From NCBI RefSeq assembly GCF_964355755.1, contig NC_092680.1, positions 4,092,001 to 4,156,000 on the forward strand: a DNA stretch of 64,000 nt. The letters are read 5' to 3'. Position numbers and translations under genes: made by a program. The notes beneath the pieces are model-generated. The model made no database searches, had not been told where the DNA came from, and saw only the letters and a list, made by a program, of their open reading frames with translations. Of this stretch, positions 1 to 14,300 are shown piece after piece (the stretch's first letter is position 1; each line of letters opens with the position of its first letter). Origin of the DNA: Antedon mediterranea. Its lineage: Eukaryota > Animalia > Echinodermata.

Positions 1-1916
1 TTTTTTTTATAATGGTTGGAGAAAAAAAAATTGTAGGTTAAATAATAGATCATGGTTATATTGTACAGTCTGTATCTTACAGTCAGTGAACTTTTAGAGT
101 ACTTTAGTATGATGCCAGCTAGACAAAAATGGAACAAGATTAAACATTCCTTATTTATCATTCTGCATTTCCGTGTTTACAAAAACTGTCTAGTCCAAAA
201 AGTCGGCTACATTTTTTTTTTATTTAGAACAGTTTTTAATTATGTCACGTTGTTTAAAAGGAAGATATCCTTGTTAATATAAGTTGATATCATACTTAAC
301 TGAACTTAAATCCATTCAAACGTGTCTCAATTTGACATTCTTTACCACAGTACAGCTGTGAGCATGATAGAGTTTCGCAGTTAAAATAAATTGAGCCTTT
401 ATTTTAAGACCACAGGCAGAACTATATGGAAAACCAAACCCCCGAAAAATACATAATAAACCACTAATTCGTAGAATATTTTGGCACATGTGGCGTTTCA
501 TACGTATACTACTTGAGCTTGAAGCTTGTATTTCAGACCAGGGAGTTGTTATTATAATAACAACTCCCTGTTCAGACAAACATCGAAAATCATCGAAATA
601 ACTACAGACTTGGGGCAAGTCTATACTTATCTTATGCAGTTCATTGAAAACTTAAAATATTCACCTAATGTCTACACATCCAATACAATGTGTGACCATC
701 TACCAGTAGGCCTACCACTAGCCAAAAAAGACCAAACAAACTACCCATAGGTTAAACACGAACAAAGAAAGGATGTTGAGCCCAGGCACCGATAAATGTA
801 TACGTTAATACAAGTATACCCGATCGACTCATTTATCAATATTTCATTTAATTCATGAACATTTAAACAACGCAGACATCTAAATTATATAGTTCATCGA
901 ATTCCAATTCTAATGCATTACCTGTTTTATGCACCGTTCGCCTGTTTATCAGTTGAAATAACTGTTTTGCACACGATACGCTCGTCTGAAGTTCAACCAT
1001 TTTACTTTCCAAACAAACATGGCGGAAGCAACTGTTTTGCACACGATACGCTCGTCTGGAGTTCAAGCATCGACAGCGGGTTTTCGCACCAGACGTCTGT
1101 TCTTGTGTTGAAGTGTTTGCATACTTTTGATTGGCCAGTTTTACACACCGTTCGCTTGTTCGTGATTTCATTAATTCATTCGACAACTTTTCAAACGAGA
1201 GTCTTTTTTTTTGGTTAGGCGCCAGTTTTGCACGCGTGTACGTGAATTAAAGTGATGACATTTAAACCTTTGAAACGGCAGATTTTCGCACATTTATTTT
1301 TAAAAAGTTTTACTAATATCTGTTCGATTTTCCTTTGTTTTTTTGTCATAATTTTCCAAATATGTACATAAATTGTTCCCAATTGTTCGTATATGTTTCG
1401 AGCCCACCTTCAATTAGAAATTTATGATAAAATTGTTTACTGCTGCATACTCCATTTTACGGTAATATCTAATTATGGAGGTTTCATTTCATTATTTTTT
1501 TTATAAAGGTTGGAAACAATTTTTTTTAGGTTAAATAATAGATCTGGGTTATATTGTACAGCCTGTATCTTGCAGTCAGTTAACTTTTAAAAGTACGGTA
1601 CGTGATGCCAACTAGACAAAAATGGAACATTCCTTATTTATCACTCTGCATTTTCGTGTTTACAAAAAATGTCTAGTCCAAAAGTCGGCTACATCTTACG
1701 ATACAAAATATACAACGCCAATTTAGAAACGTTTTAAATTATGTCAGGTTTAAATGAAGATATCCTTCTTAATTTGAGATCATAATTTCCTGTCAGCACA
1801 GCAAAGTTAGTAGTCAAATCAAGCGTGTCTCAATTTGACATTCTTACCACCACAGTAGGTGTGGGATATGATAGAGTTTCGCAGTTAAAATAAATTGTGC
1901 CTTTATTTTAAGACCA
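1..1916. repeat. Diverged direct duplication (~1-413 and ~1495-1916)
   Basis: Shared blocks in the same order: GGTTAAATAATAGATC, GTCTAGTCCAAAAAGTCGGCTACAT and GATAGAGTTTCGCAGTTAAAATAAATTG. Confidence 0.9.
476..623 (+). repeat. Dispersed repeat (copies near 7340 reverse, 31258-31354, 55728-55835)
   Basis: Shared TTTTGGCACAT.TGGCGTTTCATACGTATACTACTTGA...AGACAAACAT...AACTACAGACTT; family unclassified. Confidence 0.75.
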
Positions 1917-2551
1917 CACCAGACCAAACAAGAACAATCCACAGACGTTCATTAGCCCATAATTACTAACACATCCATCCATTTAATGATGCCTCTCCTG
2001 GCCTAATTGAACCCTATGATGCCGGTGGATTCCGATGCCAGAGAGATAACAATAATTGTCGAGCAGGGCCTGGCAAATGAAATGTGATGGGGTTCGTTTG
2101 AAGGTTCTGAACAGGGGGGTCTACCGATGTTGAAAGTTTTAAGGCAAATGTAGCACAATTTCCCAGAGAAATTTCTATTTAAACGACAAAATCACAGACA
2201 GAGGCAGACGAGGAATGATAACATGGATTGAAAACAAAATAAACCAAACGTCAATACGTTTAATTTAATTTATGGTCAGTCGGATACCTACCGATTTCAA
2301 CCAGCATAAATTAAGCCATCATTCGTTATTCTGACCATTATACTTATTAATGGTCATCGGATACCAGCTTGAGTAAATGACAATTTAATTGGATACGTAT
2401 TTGATATTATTTGAAAAGATCAATTGGTTTATTGATATCATGACTTCACAATACGCTTTTGATGCAGACCTGTGTAATCATTGTTGCGTTCTATATCAGG
2501 CGTTCGTACGTTAGGTTTTGACGCAATAGATTCGACTGCAATCATTTGATG

Positions 2552-2705
2552 ATCTGAGTTTTCTAGTTCCAGAATGGAACTAGAAAACTCAGATACAGTA
2601 TTGATATCGTAGTCTAGATCTAGAAAACTCAGATATCTGACTTTTCTAGATCTAGAAAACTCAGATATATCTGAGATATGAGTTTTCTAGATCTGAGTTT
2701 CTAAA
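2552..2705. repeat. Array of alternating inverted units (TCTAGAAAACTCAGAT)
   Basis: Perfect 20-bp-stem hairpin at 2552-2594, followed by alternating forward and reverse copies of the same unit. Confidence 0.85.
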
Positions 2706-3408
2706 AATTGGGGGATATTGGCCATAACATGGACCAACTTTTTCACTTCTAAACAATATGGTAAAATTCATTTGGACATTGTGTAGCAAGTATAGCAAGC
2801 AAAAGAGAATTTGGTGGATCAGAGTCACGCATTCAAATCCTGGTTAAAGTACTATCAAGTTTAAATTTGAAGCAACATCTCTACAACTTTCCAATAGTTG
2901 GGCAGCATATGCAATATCCTACATTTCATCAAAACCCACTTATCTATTTAAGTTGTTAACCTTTATTTTTCTTTATTAGTTAATCATGCATAAATTGACA
3001 ATATATTATTTATAAAAATGAAGAATTGAGACAATCAAGAGAAGCTGATATACATTCCATTCCTCACACACCCGGTTCTACTTTTCGTTATCGATGAAAT
3101 TTTAAGAATTAATACATTTCTCAGAGGGGTGACTAGCGGTCGACGATCCCTCACGTATAAAAAAAAAAGCGTTTCACGCTTGACTGGTTCCAGTTCGGAT
3201 CATCATGGGTCGTTTAAAGTCAAAACTGTAAAGAAACTTGGATTAACTAATAAAAAGGGAGGGATATCATTATCTAATATTATTAGCTTAAATCCAACCA
3301 ATTGATCGAATTATAAATAAGCATAATAGTACATTCAATCATGGATAGAATTTTAATCCTGATTCAATCACCAATATACTAAATAGTAAACGTTAGTAAG
3401 TTAAAGGT

Positions 3409-3541
3409 AAACAAGGCCAACAGCCATAAGTCGCGTGCTAAAACGCATACTGATACCGGACCGACAGACAGACCGACAGACCGACAGACCGACCGACCGA
3501 CCGACATAGTGAACTATAGAGTCGCGTCCACGCGACTAAAA
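3409..3541 (-). mobile_element. Helentron-associated (HINE/DINE-1-like) mini element
   Basis: Minus strand reads TTTT-AGTCGCGTggACGCGACT inverted repeat, (GTCG/GTCT)n microsatellite, a second ACGCGACT subterminal repeat and a short GC stem, with T-rich flanks. Confidence 0.6.
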
Positions 3542-5804
3542 TAGATAGTGATATAGCCTATAGTATCTGTTTGTTGTCTATATATTTATTTAAAGAACAC
3601 ACCGTGTATGAACGTGTGCCACCGTTGTAAAGGTGTAGCTTCAATAAATATTATATTAGTGTACAGTAGTAATAAATGGTTAAGAAGTTATATATTGTGA
3701 TGTAAAATATGATACGTTACATAAAATAATACACAGTTAAACCAGTACTAACAACTTGAGGTTGAAGAGGCCGATACTTACTTAATTAATTAAAAGCTGA
3801 TAAAATTGTAAAATAATTTCACCTAAAACTCATGTTAGAAGACTGAGTAGGCCTACAGTATATAAATCATTAAATGAAGTTAAAAGTGAGAAGACACGCT
3901 TTTACAGAGTTTAACCCACTTCCACTCTAAAACACTCTAAAAAAGGCCTACCTAAAAAGTTAATGAAATTTCATTGGACTTGTCCCTGAAAATCGGAAGT
4001 GAAAAATAACCACAAATTTCCGAGTTCAATTAAAAAGAGTGTTATAATATTGTGGCAACTACCTGTAATGCCATTAGCAACAGGTTGGTCTATAAAAAAA
4101 ACATTGGTGTTTTCTCAATTAATATCTTGCCAAATTATTCCTTTCTTTTTCAAATGTCTATTTTACCTTATGAACTTTAAACGAACCGAATAGGGTTTGT
4201 AACAGTAATTGCCAAATGACCCCATAATTCTGGGGGAATGTAATTGATAAAATGTGTACCACCCTCGTCGTATGAAGTCTTTCCATTTACCTAAATGATC
4301 AGATTTGGGAGGAGAAAAAAATAAATAATCAGGAGCTTGTCATAACTTACGGTATGTTATTCCATATTAATATTCTGATTTAATTTTAACTTATCTTTTT
4401 TTGAAAATTTTATTTCGATATAAATCAGAGAGAGGGCGATATTTCAGCTTTTATAATTATATAAAAAAATCAATAATGAATGACTATTTTTAGTAGGCTA
4501 AAGTTGAGTGTTATTTTAAATAAGGGACATTATACTATACTGTCCATGGAGTAAAGAATAAGAATATTCAGTCCTTTACTCCATATCCATTACAGTAATA
4601 CGCGTTTCTTATCAGGCCTACGTACCATTATTAATTTCTTTTCTGTTATAAATTTGTGGTGGTGAAGAAATCGCCTTGAGGATGAATGTGAATGTCTTGC
4701 CAGGGCACTCCCGGGGTAGGCCTACACTCCCAGGGTAGTGGTTAGGCACACAGGACAGGAAACTCGTTTCTTTCAAGCCGGTTTAGTCATTGGCCCACTG
4801 AACTGTTTTTTATTACATATAATGAAAACCGCAAAGTTTTTATTCATTAAAAAAGAGTGAATGTGAACAAACCACAACTTGTGTACATCTATTTCGGTTT
4901 GGATGTTTTATATACACAGGTGTGTGTTTGACCGTAAAATGGAGGTACAAACGAACATTTGCGATGATAAATGTTTCCATGTCATTCGCTGGTGACGATG
5001 AAATCAGGTCAATGGTGGTCTCACCCACCCAGAGGAGGTACCTCATCGGCAACACTAACATTCCCTCCGTACCCCGAGGACGTGATTTTCAGATTCCTGT
5101 GTAAACCAGAAGATAGATATTATCCAAAAATCCTTTTCTTCTTCTACTGTGGTTTTCGCAAATATTCACTCTTGCTCACGATTCTCACCATATGATGATG
5201 CATCCAACGAAATCATAACCATCTGTTTCACAAACCATAACCGTGGCTAGGGGTGTTATGTGAAGGTTATACATATTTGGACTAACCCTACTATGGGTTA
5301 CGAAGAAAGACTCAACGAAAAAAGATAAAGATATATCGTAATTTAATGAATAGTGACAGACTATAATTATTATATATTATTTAATTACAACAAATATTTT
5401 GGAATACAAATTAAACAACTCTGTATTTCGTTGTTAGCAACTTGTGCCCCAATAATAAGTAACAAAGACCTCATCCAAAACAGAAACTAATTAATGTAGA
5501 ACAATAATATAGAAAAAGTAAACGAATTTGGAAAGCTCTTATAAATAAAATGGCAGGTACTGTATAATATCCGAAAACAAATTTATTTTTGTTTTTAAAT
5601 TATGAATTTTGTTGCCGGTAGATAATAAAATAAAATTAAAAGTAAAGGACATATTATTATTAGTCAAATAAAAAGTGACAAGCGTGTATAATCATTATAA
5701 TACGAATATATAAAGTATAATACAATATTATTACAATTATTATACTATAACGATAAGAGCTTTAAACTGGGAACATCCGCGTTGCCATGGTAACCGAATC
5801 GTAA

Positions 5805-5947
5805 AGATCTGTCTACACTATCAAACTTTATGTGACAACAAAATGTGATGTGCCCATATAATGGACATGATGATGTCATATCACTGCCATATTTGGGCAC
5901 ACCACACTTTTTTTTTGGCCAACTAGTTTTATAGTGTATACAGAGCT
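5805..5947. mobile_element. MITE family C (TIR AGCTCTGTCTACACTATCAAACT), PIF/Harbinger-like
   Basis: Terminal inverted repeats with TAA/TTA flanks. Other copies at ~31954-32082, ~36870-37070 and 60905-61059; fragment at ~60585. Confidence 0.8.
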
Positions 5948-8900
5948 TTAGTAGAAAACATTAGAAATCGAATACGGGCATTCCAAAAACGAGCTTTCAG
6001 TTTAGTGGAAATGTTAAATAGGTAATTATTTAGTATTTAATATAAATAACAGCAAGATTTATATTAATTTCATGGAAATATTTTCTTTTGCTTCCGAGAT
6101 TTATTTCGAAATCGCAGACTAACTAACTAATTTAAAAACAAATTTCACATTTGCAGAGATCACATTTCGAACGAATTGTTCCCTATTGCGCTCATTATTC
6201 ACTTTTGTTGGCAGTGCTTTGTGTCGCAGCATGAGTGGTTTATGTCGGCTTGTCGAGCGTTGGGCTAAATAGTTCATCATAATGTCATCTCGTCGCCGGC
6301 AGCTAGCGACATCGTAAATGTCAAATGTATTTTCACATAATACATTCGACTACACTTTTTGTCGGTCTATCGTAGACCTATAAACCATGGCAGTAATAAG
6401 TACTAATGTTGATACTTTAATGTTCCAAATAGGAGCCGGAAGTCGGACGAAAGTCTGAACCGAAATGATATGAGGTTAAATGCTAGATACGCTTGTGACG
6501 TTTGCATTCCACGAGACGCTGTGCGTCCTTTATTCGGCACAATGTTTTAGTATATAGAAAAATGAATACAATGTTTTATTATTGGTATTATAGTATTTAG
6601 TAATAGAATACACCACTAATTCGACAAAAATGACAAATTACATTGATGTGGTTCAATACAACACACCTAAAATAGAAACTGTACACCCACTTTCAATAGA
6701 GAACATTTCGCTTTAATGTATGTTTTGGATAAAAGGCATTATAGTACACATCACGTGACAAGGGTCGATGACCGATATATAAACAACAACAGTACGCGAA
6801 TGAATGAACAAACCATTATCAGAAAGATAGATATCATTAATTTAATAACCTGTATCCGCAAGGTGCAATAATGTGATGAGTGACATTCCGATTTTGAATA
6901 CATTATAATTTCTTTACAGTCACTAAAATATTGAATGAAGTGAATGAACTCGGATGAATCGATGAAAGCCAAAATGATTGATTTTCGTTATCCAACATAA
7001 AATTCTGAATGTGCCAATTAGATGCATTCTTTTTCATTGAGTCATGCCAAGGAGTTCTTCACGTACTACATCATCGTAGTCTCTGCTGTACTGTGGTTCT
7101 GTATTGTGTGGGTTCATTAATTAATTAAATTAAGGATATCATTAAACAAGAGAACATTTCAGGATATTGGATTGGGGGTGGGGGGACATGGAATACTGTA
7201 CGTGGTTTTCCATCTTTAACCAATTGAATTTTTCATATATGCTAGTTTCGCCTTCTTAAGAATGAAGGGAGAATCTAGAGTCTGTATTTATTGTCTTTTT
7301 ATGTATTTCGACGTTTCGATTTTTTGCCTGAAAATATACAAAGCTGAAGTAGTATACGTATGAAACGCAAAATGTGCCAAAATATGTATCTTTTTAGTAA
7401 TATTAATAAGTCAAAACTCCGCCTGGAACACAGACTAGAAAAGATCCATCAAGATCCACTAAAACAAGCGAACGAGTACCATCTGCGAGATATGATTCTG
7501 ACCTTTGGTCGCATCGCCTCAATTGATACTATTTCCACATATTTCTTTATGATGTTAACATCAAGGAGATCTTCCATTTAATATGATAACTATTGACCTT
7601 ACATTTAGCCGTGGGGATTTTCATGTTATTCCAGTTGTGTGGGTAACACTCGGTTCAAAATTAGATCATCGGCTTCCAAGAATATGATTGTATACAACAC
7701 AAAGCCATATGATCGTTACACATAGGTACCTAGTTGGTGTTGACAGCTAGGCCCACGCATTAAAGCGGAAACAATTAATTGCCTATTAATTTCAGTGTGA
7801 TGCTTAGATGATCCACAAAAAATAACATCACACTTAAATTAATTTATTATGATTCAGAATAATTTACAATAGTATCAATTCAACAAAACCGTATAGAAAA
7901 TAAATTAATCGTGAATTACATCTTGGTTAGACTTGCTCCAAGTCTGTATTATTGTTTACATCTTAATCTTCTTCGACTTTATATATAAATATAACACTTA
8001 CGGTGACACACATAGGTGAAAAATAATAAAACACAATAACGTATACATTGATAAAATATTAACCTACGACATTGATGTAGACTTTAATTGTGGTGGAAAA
8101 CGTCGTTTTTACTTTAATAAATATTAGTATTGAGGAAAAGATTACTTTAGTATAGTACCGTATTTAATATTGATAACATAACAATTACGGTGGCAGTGAG
8201 GTGTCTCGTTTGTTTACATAATAAACAGTGATACAGACATAGCTTACAGAAACATTATTAAGTCATTAATTGAGAATAATTATAGGGTCATAATGTTAGG
8301 CACTGTTCAGGCCTAGTTCCTTGCACGGGTAAGTTAGTCCCTACTCACCAAGCGATAACTCTGCCCCGTGAAACAAACTAATTTTCTAAGTCAGGGCTGG
8401 TCCATAGAAAATCTGTACCATACAATAATTGTGCAATACATTACAATCGATAATGTAGGGAAAAGGAAATGAAAGTTTATCGTATTTCCGCAAAGTGGTT
8501 GATTTGTCGAAAGCGATTCAGTGACTACCGACATTTTATATTGAATGATGAGCCTATTATTCGCAAATAATGTCATTTTTTTTCTTATGATTAATTGATT
8601 GTACCGTATCGTAACAAACCAAGACGAGATAAATATGAAACTGAAAACGAGTAATTGATTAATGTTACTGTTTCTGAAAGTAAAACGATGTCAAGTACAG
8701 GAAAATATCCACTCACCCTTCTACTAATCTTTATTAAATGGCGGAGCGAGATTATTGTAATAGGAACCGAGTGGATTAAGCAAATGAAGTGCTGAAATGT
8801 TATTATGTATTGTGTAGGATTAGTTAACATTTTATATCCGCTCCAATCCAACTTGCAGACAACAGTGATACAACCCATAAACAAACACCACACCCCAACA

Positions 8901-8967
8901 CTTGCCCACCCTCAAACACGGTATACAATCAATTACCCACCACCATAACCACAGCCATCTATCAAAA

Positions 8968-9188
8968 TACAGTTGAATTCTTTCTATATTATCGGGGCTC
9001 AACAACGTGTCCCCTGAATAGGAATGTCCCCTGCAATAGTTTCTAGTGTTAAGACATCTATTTTACTTGTTAATTTCATGGAAAGGTTTCCCAAAGCACG
9101 GAGGAATTATTTAGTAGGATTACAGAAGTAGGATTATACTGGAAAAGTGGTCCCTGAATAGGTGTCCTAAAGTCAGGATTTGACTGTA
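8968..9188. mobile_element. Tc1/mariner-like MITE remnant
   Basis: TACAGTtgAATTC...GGATTTGACTGTA termini with internal GTGTCCCCTGAATAGG repeats. Related fragments at ~16460, ~41255-41375 and ~53235-53295. Confidence 0.5.
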
Positions 9189-11273
9189 CATCCAAAGTAT
9201 GGTATGGTCAATACCAATCTGCCGAACAAGATTAATTTCACACATTGCAAAGGCCACGTACTTAGCATTCCGACAAGGAGGTGTGTCGCATAAATAGAGG
9301 TTACACTATTTATACTATATTACAATGTTTATACAATACGTATGGACAGACGTTAAAATTAGATCGTTCTCACGGTAGCAAAACCTAAGCATATATATTT
9401 CATTACAGTGTTATTATTTTTGTGGAATGTTATGTCTCCCCAACGCATCATTTATTTTAGTTTAAACGCATGTTTAACGGGAAATCATCTGTCAAATATT
9501 TTCAATAGACGAGCGAGCTTTTTATACTGGGTGACAATTCACTTGCGTTTTTGAAATACCTAACAGTAGCCCCTTAATTCCCGCCGAAAAATGACCAGGT
9601 CATGTCTAATGGTCAGTAAGGTTTGATTGATAGGAAAAACAGCCACAACGGCTTCCACTAATTTCTCACCGCCACCGCTAAAGTGACCACAGTGGCCACA
9701 AAAGGTATTTTAATATAATAGTTATTCAATACGGTATATCAAATTTTAAATATTATGTTCCTGAGTCGAGGGTCAACTATGAGAAACTACACTTTTAAAA
9801 TCATCAGTGAGATGTAGTACGTATACGCACTCAAATTATGATTGCGTAATATTTAACGGATAATATAATAATAAAGATAATGAAAAGCGGTGATGATGTT
9901 CAATACGGTCACTTTCATTGTTAATTGGACATGTTAATTTCGGACAACTGACCGTCACGGTCAATACCCGTGGTGAACAGCTGATTCGGTACCTGCATCA
10001 TACGACACTGTGTGAACCAATCGATGTCCGGCTTTATCATAAATTGCGCAACAATCGCGGATAGCAATTTTGTGTAACTAAGTACATTACGTCATAAAGC
10101 CTTACTACAACCTGTTTGTATATTCTCAATTTGAACCCTGAATCAATCAATTGGTTCTAACAGTTATCAGAATTTATGCAAATAATTAACTATTAGGGAT
10201 TACATTGGATATAGTAGTAGTTGAATATCGGATAATTGCGAAAGGAGATAATTACCGTACGCAATATACACCACCTACGAAACGATAACGTGTGACAACT
10301 CATTAGATGGTTCCAGAGTCGTTTCGCACCAACCTCACTCCTAGCCTAAATTGCAATGGAAAATATAGAAACTTGATTCAGCACTTCATTTTACAATTGT
10401 TATGGAAACCTCTCCCTATTTTAAAATCCTGGATCCGCCATTGAAAATATTTACGGTGGATTATTAAAGAAACCACTGTAAAATATACGAATCAATCTGA
10501 AGTGAAAGGGGGAAATGTTGTAAAACCAGCAGACTTAGGTCGTCTCCAGTTCCCACCATGGTGGATATCAATCAATTTTTCGTTTAGTCAATGGGCCTTG
10601 TTTGGTTCCTTATGAATGTTTTAATGTTTTTTATTCATGTATGTTTTCTTAATTCATGGTACGATATTTAATTTTAATAGGATGTTTCTATTTTTATAGA
10701 AATTTTAACTAATTTTTATATATTGTAATGCAATTCATTTCAGTCCTTGACTGTAATATATTTTTAATATACCGAATAAAAAAAAAATATATATATATAT
10801 TCCCCTATAAAGACATATGTATATGAGCAGTGAAACTATTAAAGGATTTCAATCATCAAATTTCATTTCATGTATAGTGTCAATCGAGATACTATAATAA
10901 CAGTATTTTGACAGTTGACCGGAAAAAAACAAATATTTACCAGCAACCGCCCCTGGTATTATTGTCTTCTTGTGTCGTCATTGATGCGTCGTCGGTGCAC
11001 AGGCTGTCCACGTACTATTAACAAAGAAATTACTTTTTATAATTATTTCAAGCAGTTATAGGAATGTCATTTTTTGTATGTTTAACCTATTTTTTGCATG
11101 TCGCTGGTATTTCGGAGTTTTTGATGTCCGGTATCTCTTTAGCCAGGTTCGCGTGTCCAGCCGGCTGTTGAGTTTTGCCCCTGGATTCGACAGCCGTTCA
11201 CAATTATCTCTGTCGACAGTTGAGTATGTTGTGTGTCATCATAGAACAGTAACTTTTCTAGATTTGGTACAAC

Positions 11274-11307
11274 CATGGAGAAATCAGTCCTAACTAATTT
11301 CTCCATG
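11274..11307. mobile_element. 34-bp CAT...ATG inverted-repeat element with 7-bp TSD (P-superfamily-like footprint or micro-MITE)
   Basis: GTACAAC-[CATGGAGAAATCAGTCC TAACTAATTTCTCCATG]-GTACAAC. Confidence 0.65.
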
Positions 11308-14300
11308 GTACAACTTAAATACGCTTATTGCAACATTTAAAACGAAATAGTCAATATCTGGACAGAACTAAAGTACAGTAGTTGAGTTTCTACTTCCATT
11401 TTGATACGAAGGAGGAGGTCTTGATTTGTTTGAGGTTGACGACGCCAGTATACTATCTAACCCACTGGTTTTCACCGTATCCCGATACGTTGTGGCCAGC
11501 AACGATAACAAAGCAATTTACGCAGAGGGTTCTATTATTTCCAAAACAATAATAAAAACAATATCTACTCTATCGTAACACTAATTAAAATCCGTTCGTT
11601 GCGTTCTTATTAGCGGTATGTTTATATTTGTGTAACCTCCGATTGTCCCCGGTAGCGGTAAAAAAAAGCGGCTGATATCAATACAACATGGCGACATACT
11701 TTATGATATATATATATATATATATATGTAATATTATATTAAATTTATTATTTTTTATAAAGGAAACATTTACAACCTGAAATATCGTCAATACCGCTGA
11801 CGAAAGCATCTATCAACAAACGTATCGCTTCGTAAAAGAAAACATTAGCTACAGCGTTTGTCACGATCTGTCTACAGTGTTTTGGGTCATTAATCTTAAT
11901 TATTCATCCATTTAACAACATCAATAAAGGAATGTTTACAGGATAAGCAATTACACTACAATTTGTTTTTGTTGAACTGAGATGAAATCATCATCTGTGG
12001 TCGCAACCATTTACGCCGCATCGTCAGTCGTTACACCACCGCGGCACAATCCATTATTCAACACAATTTTCAACATCATTACGTATTTGTTTAATTTTTC
12101 TAAACAAAGATGGTTAACATACGCTACTATCAACAATAAACAATTTTCAAAGGCCCACCTTATTGTTCTAGTTTAGGCCTAAACAAAAATGAAATATTTT
12201 CATACAGACATGACAATGTCTGAATATTAAGTTGCTCACTTGTAAAAGATTATATTTAAGGCTTACAAAATACGAAATGCAGAACATTAAAGTCATGGAG
12301 TTCTATAAATTATTAATAAAGGTGAAATGTGACAATAAATAACATGATAACTTAACAAAGTCACAAAGAGGGCGGACATTGAATTTGATATTTCATTTCG
12401 CAGAAGACTGAGAGTATGGTGTACCGCAGATCAATAACAATATTTACTTTCCATCTGTATTATAATAGGATGTTGGTTATCATTTTATTATTTACCTGGA
12501 TATTTTCCAAAACACATCGGTTATAAGTTGAGTAACCTGAATTAATAATTCTTATATTTTCTAATTACGATTTCACAAAGAGATGGAAGTTCCCCCTTTC
12601 AAGTGGTGTCCCCTGACCTGTCCTTAGTGTTATAAAACATATAATTATTATATATTCCCTGTCGGGTAATTGTCCTCCTATAGGGTTGTCTCAAATGAGG
12701 ATGGGTTCTAATCTTAGTAGAGGACGAAATGGGCGTTCCCATTAACCTCTGATGTATATTGTTTTATTGTGCTTTTTTATATTCCCAACCCAATTACCAG
12801 GTCAGGTTGTTAACATTTTTAAATCGTGTCACATGGGGTTGTTTTTGACCCATTTAGTCGGCCATGTTGGATTTAACAATTTGTTGAATTTTTCAGGAAC
12901 CAGAGGTCGTAGAAATACAATTTTTGATACCAAATTACTCAAAATATGTATATTTGTATACGCTCTAATAATGGTAGTTTTTTGTATAAAATTACCGGAA
13001 GTAGGACCATTGACCTCTACAATAGCAATGTACTTTTGCCGAACAGAACCTGCTTTTTACGGTATCGTTCTCCAGGTTGGTAATGCTTGGTTTAATTGAT
13101 ATACCTTTATTGATTTTAAATATAACATTAACAACGGGTTTATCATGCTGACCATCAACTTCCCACTCCCTGTAATCTAACATCGATGACGTCACTCAGC
13201 TGGACACCCCGGTGCATTCCTGAGTGTCCGAAGTTCAACGTCCAGACAAACGATTAATTATGTTAATAAGTTAGTCAACGTAAGATATTAATGTCCAAAT
13301 AATTCTTGAATGGTCACGTTAAAATATTATGCACGCTACATGTAGCTAAGACTGCTACTGTTTACCAAGGGTCAAATATTTCGTCCCTTTGGCCATTCCA
13401 AGGCTGTAATTTCCTTCTTCCCCAGGCCTCTGAAGGTTTCGTAAAATTTAATCAAGCCTTCGGTTATTTGAAACCTTGGCGAAGTCGGCGTTGACAAATG
13501 ACCACTGACCACTGACCAGCTTGACCAGCGATCTATTGTTGGCAGCAAACCGTTTTATTTGTGTACGTCTAGGCCGAGCACTTGCCTTATATCCAGGGTC
13601 TAATTAAGTAAACAATTAACAAGTTGATTATTAGTTAATCCTTGTATCTTAACCTTTACTTGTACAAACTTCGTAAAATGATTTATATACAGTTCCCATA
13701 GGACGTAAATGCGATACAAGGTTGTCCAATCACAAGCGACGAATTATTCAAACTCTCGCTTATGATTGGTCAAATTTACGTCCTTGCATTGCGTCTCTAT
13801 GGACGCAATGACGTAGACACAACGCAAGTGGGTAGTTAGGCCCATCCCGCGTCGTGATTGGTCACATTAATTGTGAAGTGTTTACTTCCAAGGAATATAA
13901 CAATAAGATCACTCCATACTCTAAATAAAATATGTACGTACTTCAATATAATAACCGATTTTTATTGTCACTTGAGAAAGAGATTGAAGCTAAAATAATC
14001 TTAATTCGTGACTGTATTATCTATTAGGTATACACTGTTTAAAGTATCATAGATGTTATATTGATTATTAAAGATAGACATAGGGCCTATATCTGCTACT
14101 GGTTGTTGTAATACCACGATGTATACATTGTATACTTATGGGACGCCGATTCGTATCAAATATCATAAGTTAAATCATGTATTATTCAATCATACATTTT
14201 AAATTTTAATATTAATAGTTCTTTGGTAAATACATTGATTAGTATTAAAATGAGTTTACATAATGTCTTAAACATAATTATCAATATTGCGCGTCCCATA

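Noticed and set aside
8313-8380. Imperfect hairpin as a pre-miRNA (also 18281-18328)
   Set aside because: Pairing is patchy and I recognise no conserved mature miRNA; small-RNA data would be needed.
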